From: Hydrolagus colliei
Taxonomy: Eukaryota
DNA length: 64,000 nucleotides
Assembly: GCA_035084275.1 (NCBI GenBank)
Contig: CM068755.1
Coordinates: forward strand, 7,750,001-7,814,000
Direction of reading: 5' to 3'
The notes under the pieces are model-generated. The model made no database searches. It was not told the origin of the DNA and was given only the letters and a program-made list of their open reading frames with translations. Positions 50,299-62,596 of this stretch are shown piece by piece. Position 1 is the first letter of the stretch. The number at the start of each line of letters is the position of its first letter. A program made the translations under genes and the position numbers.

Positions 50299-50473
50299 AT
50301 TTGGCAGCAATAGCAGCAGATTCAGTTTAGGAGGATCTTGCACTCCCAACAGAAATGCTCAATCCAGGCGGAAACTCAGGCATGGCTTGGAGGAAGCAGC
50401 AATAATGGTGCTGCCCGAGGATAAGCTTGAACAAGCTGAACAGAGAGCCAAAATGCACAAAGCCAATCAAGAG
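50299..50473 (+). CDS. TTC23: TTC23 exon 2
   Basis: catccag|A...GAG|gtaagc; ends MVLPEDKLEQAEQRAKMHKANQE. Confidence 0.8.
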
Positions 50474-50809
50474 GTAAGCGCTAGTGGATGAACGTATCAC
50501 AAGATATAACTGCTGATTGGTTTTAGGGAATGGCAAAGTTTGTGACATATTGTTATTCTCCTATCTGAAGAATCCTGAATTTAAATTCCAACGGTTTTTG
50601 CTCTATAATTTATTTTATTGAGTTGTTGGCTGTTCATATTGGACGAAATATATAATAATATATAAATATAATATATAAATATAATATATATAATAATAAT
50701 AAATTGGGATCACAAATCCCTCAATCTCCTCTTGCTTAGCCTGGCCATTGTACCTGGCTTTGAATCTGCTTGTGGCAAACACATCCATAATTGTATTCCT
50801 TTGCTTCAG

Positions 50810-50933
50810 GGAGCGATTGCTATACAAGAACTGGTGCGTTGTGTATCTCTGGCCAGGATTACCTATGGTGATTTTCATTGGAAGATGGCACAAGCGCATG
50901 CTAACCTAGCAGAAGGCTACCTGGAACTCAAAG
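50810..50933 (+). CDS. TTC23: TTC23 exon 3
   Basis: [42 protein letters not shown], compare recalled human [35 protein letters not shown]; ag/gtaagt flanks. Confidence 0.93.
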
Positions 50934-51424
50934 GTAAGTAAAAAGAGGATAGAATAAAAATGGAATTGTACGATTCCATATCCAAGCCTTCAAAGCATCA
51001 ATTATTTGTAACTTTTAGTTAATAAAAAAAGAATTTTCTCCCAGACAGTATGTCACTACTGCAGATGCTAAACCCACAGGTTATAATTTGATGCCTGTGT
51101 CCCACGCACATTTATCTGACATGGTTAGAACAAACCTGAGTCACTTTTGATTGCTTTACTAAATGGAGCTCTTCACAGTGGTATAGATGAAGAAAGCCTG
51201 CAATTAATTATTAGGGGAAATTGTGCCACGATCTAATTGAGCAAATGTGACTGAGACAATGGTGTAGGATATACAAGTCATTTTTTTAAAATAAAAAGAT
51301 GCAGTGTGAAATATTAAATGTCCTTTTCCGTAAACATATTTCTTGAAGAAAAACATTAGTGGAGGCATGTTTGGTCAAATAGGCTTTTTCTGAACTATAA
51401 TATTCCTTCCTTCTGTGTTTCTAG

Positions 51425-51581
51425 GAATGGTATTGCAGGCGAAACAGCACGGAGAGAAGGCTAAAGACATCATGTATACCAATACTGAACTCCCAATGTC
51501 AGAGGAAGAGAGAGAGGACATCCTAAGATGTTTAATCAACATATTTCACACACTTGGTAGAGCACTAATGGGCCTTCAGAA
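51425..51581 (+). CDS. TTC23: TTC23 exon 4
   Basis: MVLQAKQHGEKAKDIM...IFHTLGRALMGLQ; ends at the U12 donor ATATCCTTT. Confidence 0.92.
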
Positions 51582-52083
51582 ATATCCTTTTATTTGTATT
51601 TCTAAATTTATCTTTAGAATGTGAGAAACAACCTTGCTGGAGTTCTACAGATCAATTTACTGATTTACTGTTCTTTTCCAGGCTGCAATGTTGTGCGTCC
51701 CATACAAGTGTAATTTTGTGGTTGTTAGCATTGATGGTCTGCTCTTGTTCAGTTCATCGCAGTGAGGATGGAGCCTGATGCATGTGCAAACCACTCATGT
51801 TTAAGAGTATCCTGTTCCAGCTACTATGTTCGCATGAAGCCAATTTTTGTTCTGAAAAATGCAGTATCTTTCCCCAGTCAAGATGGTCAGGAAACATATT
51901 GTCCACTTGCTTATTCCCAGAGAACACAGTGAAAAGGCATTGTGGACCACAAAGTATTCATTTGAATATAATACAAAATGCAATACAAAACTACATTTGT
52001 ATAGAGCCTTTGGACCCAAGCGGGGTCCAAATCCCTTTCATTCTTTCTTCCTGTGTTATTTTATTCCTTAACGTTTTTTTCAC
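51582..52083 (+). other. U12-type (minor spliceosome) AT-AC intron
   Basis: 5' ATATCCTTT, branch site TTCCTTAAC at 52064-52072, 3' CAC. Splicing keeps the frame (AA|T = Asn, giving GLQ-N-LKEAEQNL). Confidence 0.93.
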
Positions 52084-52209
52084 TCTGAAAGAGGCTGAAC
52101 AAAACTTACGAAAGTCAGAAAAGATTGCAAATAAGCTTCGACACGAGGCAGGAGTGACCCAAGAAGAGATGAATGAGGTGGATGCCAAAATTTCTTTGTC
52201 TTTTGGAAG
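52084..52209 (+). CDS. TTC23: TTC23 exon 5
   Basis: LKEAEQNLRKSEKIANKL...EVDAKISLSFG, donor AG|gtaaat. Confidence 0.9.
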
Positions 52210-54973
52210 GTAAATTTTCACTTTTTTTAAAAAAAAGTCTTTGTTTAAATGAGCCAGGAGTCAGCCATAAATCTTTAACAGATTTTCTAAAATAAGACAT
52301 TTTTAAATATTTAACTTTGAGAAGGGGACATCCTTAATTCTGTTGTATTGAAACTTTCCTAAAGTTAATGAATATCCCTGAGGGTTTTGCATCATTCGGT
52401 TACTGTGGTGGGTGCTTGCCGCAGGATGTCAATTGTAATTATAGGTGATACTTGCTCATGAACAGCCAGAGGGTGCCGTTACCCAGCTTCAGGTGGTTGG
52501 TTACTTGTTTCCACAAGGGAGCGATGCAGCTCAGTGTTTTGTATCCCGGCAACCAGAGCTGCAAACGTTTCGCCAGATGGTAATGACATTTACTGCAAAC
52601 TGTGATGTTAGGAAAGCCAGTGATAGAGGAAAGGAATGCTTTGCTTTCTACTGCATCACTGGCAATAGTTAAATACATCCGATCTGAAATATCCAAGAGA
52701 CAAGTCCCCTTTCACGTCAGATTAAATTACATATGATTGCAGGGGAATTTGTAAAATTACCTCATAGCTTCAATGGAAACTCACTGTAGCAGTCTAAAAT
52801 TTACACTAAAAGGTACCCATCAGGAGTTAAGCAATAGATAATTCCTCAAATAACTTCTAAAGATTCAAACCAACAGTGTCACAGCTTCAAGAGCTATTCA
52901 TAGTCACAGCGTGAAAAGCCTTGCTTGGCCTGTGTGGGTGGTAAGAAGTCTTGGTCCTTTTGTAAACTTTCACTCATGTTGTGTGAGAACAGTCTATAAG
53001 TATTCACTGGGCCTTTCAGTGCAGATAAATTCCTTTATTATGTGCTAATGGAAAATGAGATAGTTAAAAAATGCAGATTAAAAACCTATAAAAAAAACTA
53101 GGGAAGATAAGAGCACTGCTTGTAGATCTGTTTAGTAAGAACATCAATCTCGTGACATGTTTTAACCCATCCCTTTACTACAGAGTTTCAGAAAACAAGT
53201 CCCCATTTGTAATGATAAAATTACCAGACAAAGCTGGTGAGTATATCTAGGAAACAGCCTAAATACTGATAGGTGTGTCGGTAAATGTACTGAGCAGTAT
53301 GGATCAGGAAAATGATGCAGTATAGACAAGAACACTATTTAATCTCTTTGCAGTTTATAAACAACCATTACAGATAGTATTAATATACAGTATCTGGTTA
53401 TATATGCAAGTAAGAAGTGTGAGCAAAAATGTTGGAATGTAATACTCGGTAGGGTGGGACCTTTATGCTATTGACCTAGGTTAATCCACTCCCCAGTCCT
53501 CAAGGTGGCACTCGGAGTGGCTTCATTCTGATGCATTAGGGGGAGAAAAAATCACCCAGGTTCCCAATATCCAGTGACCTGCTGAGATGCGGATGTATAG
53601 ATATCTGAATACACAAATGTGATGGCCCAGCTGTTAAATATTTTGTTGACACTTACTTTGAAGGCACACAAATTAAGAATGTTCATGGAACAATATCCTA
53701 GTAGAAGGAATCAGTAGAGAGGTGAGAGTACTTATTTATCAATGTAATAAGTCATCTGCTATCCTGCTGGATAGCCTGCATATGGTTATTTTGACTTGGC
53801 CCTTTTCAAACCGATGATCACATACAAGGAAAGGATGATGTCATCCAGTTTGTACTGCTCATTAACCATTGACATTCACTGAAGCAAAACAGAAGCTCCA
53901 TTCATTGCATCCAAGTTCTGGAGGCACCTCCCTCACACTCGCAAGCAAAACCCTCAATATAGAACCAGCATTCTCTTCCCCCGACTCTATTCTTTGGAGA
54001 TTTCATTATTTTCTGAGACGGAAAAATCAGGAACAACTGTGGGTGGAAGGAGAAAAGGAAGGAAAGTATGACGATTCTGCTGCTGGACAAAAGGTCTCTT
54101 GTTCTGCTAGAAACGGTGAAGTTCTGAATTTCAGGAGGGACAAGGGAGCCTAACAACATAAGCATCAGGATGTTCCTTATCCAAACAATAATTACTTTTC
54201 ACCCAACCACGTTATTTTAACATTATGTTATTTTTGAGTCTTTAATTTCCTGTTTCCATTCTTCTCTGCATATTTTTTTCCATGTATTTTGATATTTATG
54301 AATTTGGCTCTGCACCCAAATGCAATTTATTTTCCACTTGGACAAAAGTACATTCTGTAATCAGTTCCTGTCAAGTTCAAGCTCCTGTTGTAATTCTCTT
54401 TCAGTCAGTACGTGTGTGTGGTGGGTATACATTTGTACGTACACACACATGACTTGGCATGTTTTCATCATTGTGATTGTCTACTTCTTTCGTACTCATG
54501 CCTTACCTTTTGAGGAAATCTCTTTGCATCGAGTTGAATAGTACTACTTTTGATAGTAAGCGAAAGTTATCAAACTTCCAGACGTTTATCAAGAAAGGCT
54601 CTTTTGCCTAGCTCTTCTGATGTTGTAGTTGGATGAGGTCCCAGATTGAGTTATCTGATTTCAGATAGGACAGCCTTTGGGGTGTTGCGATTGGTCTTGG
54701 CACCTCTGGGTTAGAATGGAGTAATTTGATTTGAATTCCGCTCCTTAATTGCTTTGCACGGAGATCATCCAAACTCTTGCTGGAAACAACTGCAAACATC
54801 TGTTGAGGACATGATTGGAGCTTAACTGTGACACTTCCTTGAGATTGAATAACCTAACACTCAAAAAAAGCACTGTCAGAATTTTGTTTCTCTATAAACA
54901 ATAAGAATTTGCAAAGGGATCGGATTGATATTATATGTGACAGTGCAATATGATTTTTGCTGTGAATTTCCAG

Positions 54974-55151
54974 GTTGTACATGAAGTTAAAAAAGCCAGC
55001 CCAAGCTGTGGAGTGGTACAAGAAATTGCTTCAACTGGTGAAATTCAGCAAGGGTGAAAACGGCATGGAGTGTGTGAGTGTCTATGAGGACCTGGCAGCT
55101 GCAGAGCAAGCCAGAGAGGCGCAGGACATGAACTTCCACTACTTACGACTG
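54974..55151 (+). CDS. TTC23: TTC23 exon 6
   Basis: ttccag|G TTG TAC...CTG|gtaaga; includes SKGENGMECVSVYEDLAAAEQA. Confidence 0.9.
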
Positions 55152-56920
55152 GTAAGAGCCTCGAATAAAGAGAGAGTCACCTGTAGGTGCAAAGAGCTGG
55201 GGGAAAATCTTATACAAGTTTGCCTATGTACTATACGTGTACATGTATATGCACAAACACATTGTAACAGGTGCTCTGAGACGCCGGCATGGAGGGTGCT
55301 ATATAAATGCAAGTTGTTGTAACTGAAATAAGATTATGTTAAGATTAAGGGTTTAGACTAATAGAACATAGAAATTCACAGTAAAAAAGGTGTTCCTTTT
55401 AGTGTTCCATTGTGTTTGTGATGGATTTTTAAAGAGCAAAACATTCACTCCCTTAACTTATCTTTCCCCTATAATTGTCGCCTTTTTAGGTATTTATCTA
55501 GTTCCCCGTTGAAAGCTAATATTGATTCTGCCTCAACTACAACAACAAACTTACACTTGTATAGCGCCTTTCATGTCAGAAGGATGTCCCAAGGTGCTGG
55601 GAAGGAGCAATCCTGCTCCAGGCAGTTCATCCGATCTTTCAGATGAGACGTTTAAACCATCTCCCTGTTCAGGTGGAAATTGGAGATCCCATGGCACTGT
55701 TCAAAAAGAGAAGGGAGTTTCTCCTGGTGTCTTGACCAATAAATCCCTGGGTATTTTGTGGGCGCAAACTGACTGCTGCCTTTCACCCACAAAATACTCA
55801 GTCAATCCACTTTATAGTATGTCCCCTGAAGTTCTTTGAAATGTCTCGACAACGAGGCAGGAAAAGGGACTTCCACAATCACTCCTTCATTCAAATAGTC
55901 TGTGTAGGTTCACACTTCGAGAATTCCTCCCACTCCTTGAATGAACACCCTTGCTGCAGTGCAGTGGTAGTTAAAAGAGCAGAAGGTATTTTAAAGCTAC
56001 ACTGAAGTAGATGTTGCACTGATTTAACTGAGAGTGGGCATTTAACTAGTATTCTTTGTTCTCAGTGTGACTTATTTTATGCAAAGATTAATCTTGTGCT
56101 TTAATCTAGCTATTGTCTTTCTGTAAAATCTACGTTGTTTCCAGCCACATTTTTTTAAAAGTCATTTGACCTTTTTAAAACATTTCCAGAAATGCCCAGC
56201 TATTTCTTCCTTACATGGGCAAGTTAGCAGAATACAGAAATCAATCGTAAATCCTTCACCCTCAAAGTGTTGTGGGTTGTGGTCTCAATATAAACTTGAG
56301 GAACTAAGTACTTGAAAATCCCAAGTAAGTTTCCCATGATGCCTCTGAAAGCATATTTAAACAAAAAAAACTGCTCTTATGTTGCAAGACTAAATAAAAT
56401 GAATGCTGCTGCCTTTCTTTCCAGTCCCCCCTCCCCCCCAACAGATCATCCACTGAAATGCATTAAAGTGCATTAAATATTTTGATTCAATTATTGTAAT
56501 AAATAAACCTAAGCAATCACTGAAATGTTGAATATATGGAACTCCGCATTTTTTAAACAATACATTCCCAAACCATGTATAGTTGGCAGGTGAGAGCAGG
56601 ATTTGCCTGCGATGCCTCTGGCATGTGCTCTCACAAAGAACGTTTGATGTTGGTGGTGTGAGGTAATGTGTTTTCACAATGTTTTAGTGTTTGTTATTCT
56701 TTATTCAGCCATTGTGCTTTTCCATTCGCATTGTGTAAAAAAAAATAAAGCCCTTATATCATTGCCTGTTGCTCTAACTTCTGGGGCTTTCTATCAGACC
56801 TCCTGTTGCAAAACTGTCCTAAAATAACCTTGCCTGTTTCCTGCCGAGTATCCTGCCTTGAAGAGTTGCCAGTCTTGGTCTAATACTTGTGATATTGATC
56901 TGATTCGCCTTGTTTCACAG

Positions 56921-57026
56921 GCTCATTCCACAGTACTGAGCAATGCTCCCTCTGGACAGGAGGTGGGACAAATAGCTCATACTCTGGCAGAGGCCTATGC
57001 TGCGTCCAGTAGGCCTGAGCACCACG
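56921..57026 (+). CDS. TTC23: TTC23 exon 7
   Basis: ttcacag|AHSTVLSNAPSGQEVGQIAHTLAEAYAASSRPEHH, donor G|gtatgt. Confidence 0.9.
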
Positions 57027-57140
57027 GTATGTCTACTGAACCTTTCCAACATTGTTTTCATTTGTCTGATTACAGAGTATTAAAAAGACTGCCTACCATG
57101 ACTTCTCTTTTTAACAGTGAAGCAAAAAAAAAAGCATGTG

Positions 57141-57486
57141 CAGTAAAAGCTTTTGTTATCCGGCACCCTCGGGACCCGATCGGTGCCGGTTAATCAAATA
57201 TGCCAGCTATTCGAGCAGCAAGTTGCCAAAAATCCCACACTAAAAATTTAACTTATTTCAAAACATACCATATTAATAATAGACTAAATAATAACAGAAT
57301 ATTGTATGGATACTTGCCAATAAAGCATTCCAGCACACTTGGTAAAATCGCGTTCGGTAAGTTTAATAAGTGCACATGCATGGCTCCAGAATGAGTTCCA
57401 GGTGCTGGAATGGTGAATTGTATTGGGAGATACGGGTTGGTTGAGTGTTCCGGTTGGTTGGGTGCCAGATAACCAAGCTTTTACTG
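57141..57486. mobile_element. Non-autonomous DNA transposon (Tc1/mariner-pogo-type MITE)
   Basis: About 27-bp terminal inverted repeats CAGTAAAAGCTTTTGTTATCCGGCACCC / GGGTGCCAGATAACCAAGCTTTTACTG. TA on the right flank, TG on the left. Confidence 0.8.
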
Positions 57487-57784
57487 TAATTGTTTTTCAC
57501 CTAAAAAATGCAGATTTAAAAGAGTAACTCTGGTGTATGTTCTACGGTTTAATGTTCAGTGGACACATTTCTTAGACACCATGTATTACACAGCACACAA
57601 TGGCCTCAACACATATGAACACTAAATAGATAGCTTCACTGAGATCATTAGGATGTTACTTGGTGTTACACTGCTCTACAATAACCTATGAATGCCTGAT
57701 ATGAGAGCACGAGCAGTATGCAATGTTCTAAATGTGGAGGAAAACACATTCCCTTGGTTGGGGTATCCGCGCTACTATTTTTTT

Positions 57785-58050
57785 ATGTGACTGATATCAG
57801 CTGAGGTGGTTGTAAGAATGCTTCAATTGTCCTCAACACCCTGGACTAGAAAAAATCAGCCAAGATTTCTGTTCCTGGTAACTATCCACTGTCCTCTCCT
57901 GGAAAATGCATTTTGGACATTGCATGTCAACGAAATTGGACTTGTCTGCGATGCCTCCCATGGTTGAATAATCTTCTAACACTCAGTTGTTGAATTCATC
58001 CAAGAACAACCTCTTGAGCGAGGCACTGGAGGGGTGGTCAGTTCCTGTGG
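57785..58050 (+). mobile_element. Old unclassified interspersed repeat (SINE-like)
   Basis: Shares motifs (aaatcagccaagat...ctatcca...gatgcctcc...gttgaata) with about 4790-5000(+), 53480-53700(+) and 23780-24130(-). Confidence 0.55.
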
Positions 58051-58117
58051 AATGTATTTTCTTAAAACCAGAAGGACTTATCACAAAGAATGTCTGTGTT
58101 GATTGTAAATCCCTTAG

Positions 58118-58245
58118 ATTTGGCTGAGAGGTACTACAAGGAGAGTCTGCAATCTTATCAAACAACAGTGGGAGCAGATCACTCAATGTATCTTTCAGTC
58201 CAGGATAATTACTGTCGCTTCCTGGTCTTGCACAAGAAGTATCCG
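58118..58245 (+). CDS. TTC23: TTC23 exon 8
   Basis: cccttag|(D)LAERYYKESLQ...YLSVQDNYCRFLVLHKKYP|gtaaga. Confidence 0.9.
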
Positions 58246-59020
58246 GTAAGAGCTCTTAGTCTGATCATGGAAATCAATTAAAGTTTGTATTGAGTTATTC
58301 ATCATAGGAAGAGACAACAGGTCTAGATAATTTCTATATTTGAATTTGTTGATAGTATGAGCATGGTTTAGTTCATATCCAATGTATGACTGATCTCTCC
58401 TTTCGAAGAGAAACCTATTTTTCATCTTTCTTTGTCAGGGAGAAAGAAAGCTTCACTTACAAACTTCATTCTGTGGAGCACTTTATGAGGAATGCCTATT
58501 AAGACAACCCAAATTAAAGAATGATCTTATCCAGCCCATCCAAGCAAAGACTTAATTACACTGACCTCATAAGGATGAAAGGACAGCATTCCACCCAACT
58601 ATTTACAGAGAAATTATTTTCAATCTTTCTGTGTACTGTTAAACAGTACAGTAGCACAAAAATTCAAGTAAATCCCTATAACAACAACAAAATTACATTT
58701 ATGAAGCGTTTTTCACGTTGGAAGGACAACCCCAGGTGCTGAACAGTCAGGGGTCTGTAATGGTAGAACACCAACAAAATTACATTTGTAGAGCATTTGT
58801 ATATGTATTTGCAAGAGTATATTTATGTGCATCTGACTGTGTATGCATGTACACATTCCTATAAGTGAATGTACATATACATAGATACATATAAAACAGT
58901 ATATATGATATATTAGAGCACAGAACTGCAGGATTTTTCACTCCCAGCATGAAAGGCTCTATAAGAATGTTATTTGTTGTTATTAATGCTGACAGAAGAA
59001 ATGACCTGTGTTTCTTGCAG

Positions 59021-59170
59021 GATGCTTTAAAAATGCTGCAGGAATCTCTCCCGGCCAAGCTGTCTGCCTTTGGAGATTTCAGTTCTGAGGTGGCAGACAC
59101 ATACGAACTGTTAGGAGGAATGGAATTAGCAGAAGGGCATCAAAGAACAGCATACAACCAGTTTAAAACT
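59021..59170 (+). CDS. TTC23: TTC23 exon 9
   Basis: DALKMLQESLPAKLSAFGDFSSEVADTYELLGGMELAEG...KT|gtgagt, compare recalled human AFGDFSPEVAETYRLLGG. Confidence 0.93.
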
Positions 59171-61628
59171 GTGAGTGGTCAAGGCTTAGAAAATGTTTAC
59201 ATTTATTGATGTCAATGAAACAGCCCTGAGCAAATCTTAATCCTAATTGTATTCCTTGCATTTGATAAAGTGCCTTTCATATCAGGAGGGCACCTCAAAG
59301 CGCTTTACTGCGTGTTTTGTGTATATGAGGCAAGTGAGCAAAAATTAGCTCTATTTTTCTTCTTCATACTTTCTCTGGAAAAGGTTGTGGTTTGTGTAAG
59401 TGTTATCATTTGGATAATATTTATCAAACTCAATGAACAAGATATTTATGGTGCTAGTCCTTAATATACTGGGCAGTGAGTCATTGTAAATCTGGTATAA
59501 TAATCTGGGTAATATCCTAGTCCTTTCAAAAGCAGTTTTCCATCGCTCACTTTTCCAGTTTGCTTTCGGTCCAGCAATTCTACCACTGTCTTCAATCTAC
59601 CACATGTTGCTTTGAGGTTAAGTGAATTCTTTGATAATTTTAAGTGATTACGAATAAAGGGCAATCCTTTTTCCGTACTAGTTTGCTAAACATGTACCGT
59701 GGAAGATGAGACTTGGGATCAGTCACTGGCACGTAACCCAGTGTGATCTGATATCCTGTTCTGTTTATGAAGATGCCACTCCCAAGACAGCAGCTGCAGT
59801 GAGAGTAATATTTACCTTCTGGTAACCTGAGTAGGTCCTACAGATGAATGATCCAAAGTTTGATTACAATTGTGTTCAATAATAACCCCTTATTCCTAAA
59901 ATGGCCTCATGTAAATGATATCCCGTGGGTGACTATGGCTTTATGGCAGTTTCTTCCACAGGTGTCCAAGATCCATAACTCATGAGATGCAGTGGGTGAG
60001 TCATGGTCCAAGTCTCTATTGGAGCAGTCAATGTAATTATGTGATTGCTCAACACTTGAGGCAAATGTCAGTGGGAGGAAAGGCAGCCAATATTTATCTC
60101 TTTTTGTTGCTAAGCTTCATATCACTCCATCCAGTCACTCCATCCATCAGCTAGCCAAGAACCATCTGAAACATGACCAAATGACTGAAAGTTGGTGGTC
60201 TACTTGTGCTACTGATCATCTTTAATCTCACTTTCTCTTTATTTTATTTACATAGAATGTAGAACAAGTTACTATCAAAATATGAATGTTGACCCTAAAA
60301 ATCCAAAGTATGATTTACTCTTTGGAATTGAAAGGGATAAACATGTATTGGAGCAAATTTTCAAATTACAATATCTTCCTCTGCTATTTTGTATTCTATA
60401 AAAGCTGCCGAAGAACCTGCCAAATCCTATATATAGAACCTTTGGCAGAGCAAAGTGCAATCTACAGTTTCTCAGTTCCCGATTGGAGTGAGTAATGGCA
60501 ATGTCCTAGACATTAGAGAGACTGTTGGGTATCCATTTTTTTGGTTAAATTTGAGCATTAATATCATTATATTGCAGGAAGCAAAATAATACATAAGAAT
60601 GAAGAAGGCAACAAAATAATAATCCTTGCATTTGATATAGCACTTTATAATGCCGTTGAGTGGTCTCAAAGTGCTTCACAGGTGTTGCTTTGAGGTGTAG
60701 TGACCTTGTACTTGTAATCCAACTCAGCAACCAATTTGCGCACTGCAATGTCCTATTAACAGCCATGAAATGAATGACCAATTTGTATCATTCCTATTTC
60801 TGCTAAATGTGATAATTCTCTCTATTGTTGAAATCAGTTAAACTCTGAACTGTTTCTTCCCATCATTTGGTCTGTGGCATCCATCTCTGTACGAGCTCCA
60901 TCTTTGCACTAGTTTCACTTCTATCTCAGTACTAGCTCCACCTCCAGTATGCAGAAATGTTCTACATTTTCAGTGTCCAAATTGCTGTCCTTATCGTCCA
61001 ACTAAATCCATCTCTATGTCTGAGTCAGGATTTTCTTTTATGAAACCTCTCGAATGAATACCTCACCACTGAGCAATGTTAAACCAAACAACTCCCTGAG
61101 AACAAGTTATGGCTATGTCATCTGTCTACAATAAGCAGCAAACACAATTTGGATGATGCAGATTTTCTGTTTTTATTTTGTTGTGCTTGTGCACTGAAAA
61201 AAGACTGCATTTACTCAGCCCATTGCATGATACAAAATAGCACTGCCACAAAGTACTGCAGTCTGAACAGATAAAACACTAAATGAGGAGATTGCATCCT
61301 CCAAAGTGTCTTAACTCCCCCAAAGCCTATCTGTCTGCAGCCGGGATCCCAACTGTCCAATTACATTTTTTTTATATTGCCAAAATATAACATTTAATTA
61401 AAATACAATGATTTTAATTGTTGGCGAGTTTCTCTTCAACCTCCCATTCACCCTGCCCCCTACCCCACCCCACCCCCCACCCCCATCTGGAATCCCATTG
61501 CATTGGTCTGTCGCCATTGAATTTCAATGGCAACATTTAAAAACAATGCATTCTGTTTTTATTCAAAGATGAAAACACGAGCAACAATGCTGGAATCTAA
61601 CGGGATGTTTTATCTCTTTGTTTGGCAG

Positions 61629-61711
61629 TGCCTGGACATTCAGACACTTCTCTATGGTTCAATGCACAAAAAGACCAGAGAGACCCAACAGATGGTTCAA
61701 CTCTTATCCAA
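61629..61711 (+). CDS. TTC23: TTC23 exon 10
   Basis: tggcag|CLDIQTLLYGSMHKKTRETQQMVQLLS, donor AA|gtaagt. Confidence 0.92.
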
Positions 61712-62481
61712 GTAAGTAATGCCTCAGTGACCAAAAGATCAATGCTTTGAGCTGGCTAAAGCTCTCTGAAACAGACCAGGCTGCTGCTTAACTCTATCAG
61801 TACCATTTACTTTTATTCTTATACTGAAATAAAACTTGGAAAAGGATGTGAAAATGGCAGTACGAAGATTGAGCACTACTAATTTTCTAGCATTGATTAT
61901 CATGAATTATACTGTTGTGTTGTATGTACATCCCTCTTTTTTCCATTTTTTCCAACAGACAATTCTAGTCAGCTAATCCACTGTTAAATTCTTGCTTCTC
62001 CTTCCCTGGCCCCATTCAGATTCATGCAATGAAATGTTAGGAATATGTGACCAAACAAGAAGCATTCCAAACTTGTGACAAAAACAGGCTTGCTACAGAA
62101 TCGGAGAAGATGACATGGACATAAAAAATAGTTGGACAAACCAAATTTGTAAGACTCTGTCAATTGTGGACAGTTGATTATATTTATATACTGAATTAAA
62201 TTCATCCCATTCCCCCTGTTCATTTCTGTATGGTCTGAAACTTCATTTTCATTCCTAAAGTCACATACCATGGTTGAATGTAGATATTTGTTGATCTTAC
62301 CTTTTCAAGCTTGATTACATTCTAATTAGCTTTGCTGGTAACAAAACCTCTTCACTGTTGCTGACTGGGCTCTTGTAATAAATATAAATCTTATGTTTTT
62401 AACAAACATTAGACTCTGAACCTCATATCTCACCTTTTAATGAATGTAATTCATTAAAAAATATTATTTGTTTTCAACTAG

Positions 62482-62596
62482 GTCTCCAGAAATAACTGTG
62501 AGAAGTGGGAGAGTGGCAGCCAATCATTTAAAGCCGAGACGTCCATTTTGTTCAGTGTTCGGAGGAATCACAAATAATTTCAATTACACATCTTGA
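62482..62596 (+). CDS. TTC23: TTC23 terminal exon 11 (reconstructed CDS 1431 nt, 476 aa)
   Basis: caactag|G then SPEITVRSGRVAANHLKPRRPFCSVFGGITNNFNYTS*. Phase matches exon 10; AATAAA at 62835-62840. Confidence 0.75.

Noticed and set aside
54608-59690. Protein-looking antisense ORFs in TTC23 introns (54608-54799 and 59461-59664) as a possible nested gene
   Set aside because: No recognisable homology, and I could not link them into a consistent exon chain. Stranded RNA-seq or TBLASTX conservation would be needed to revive this.
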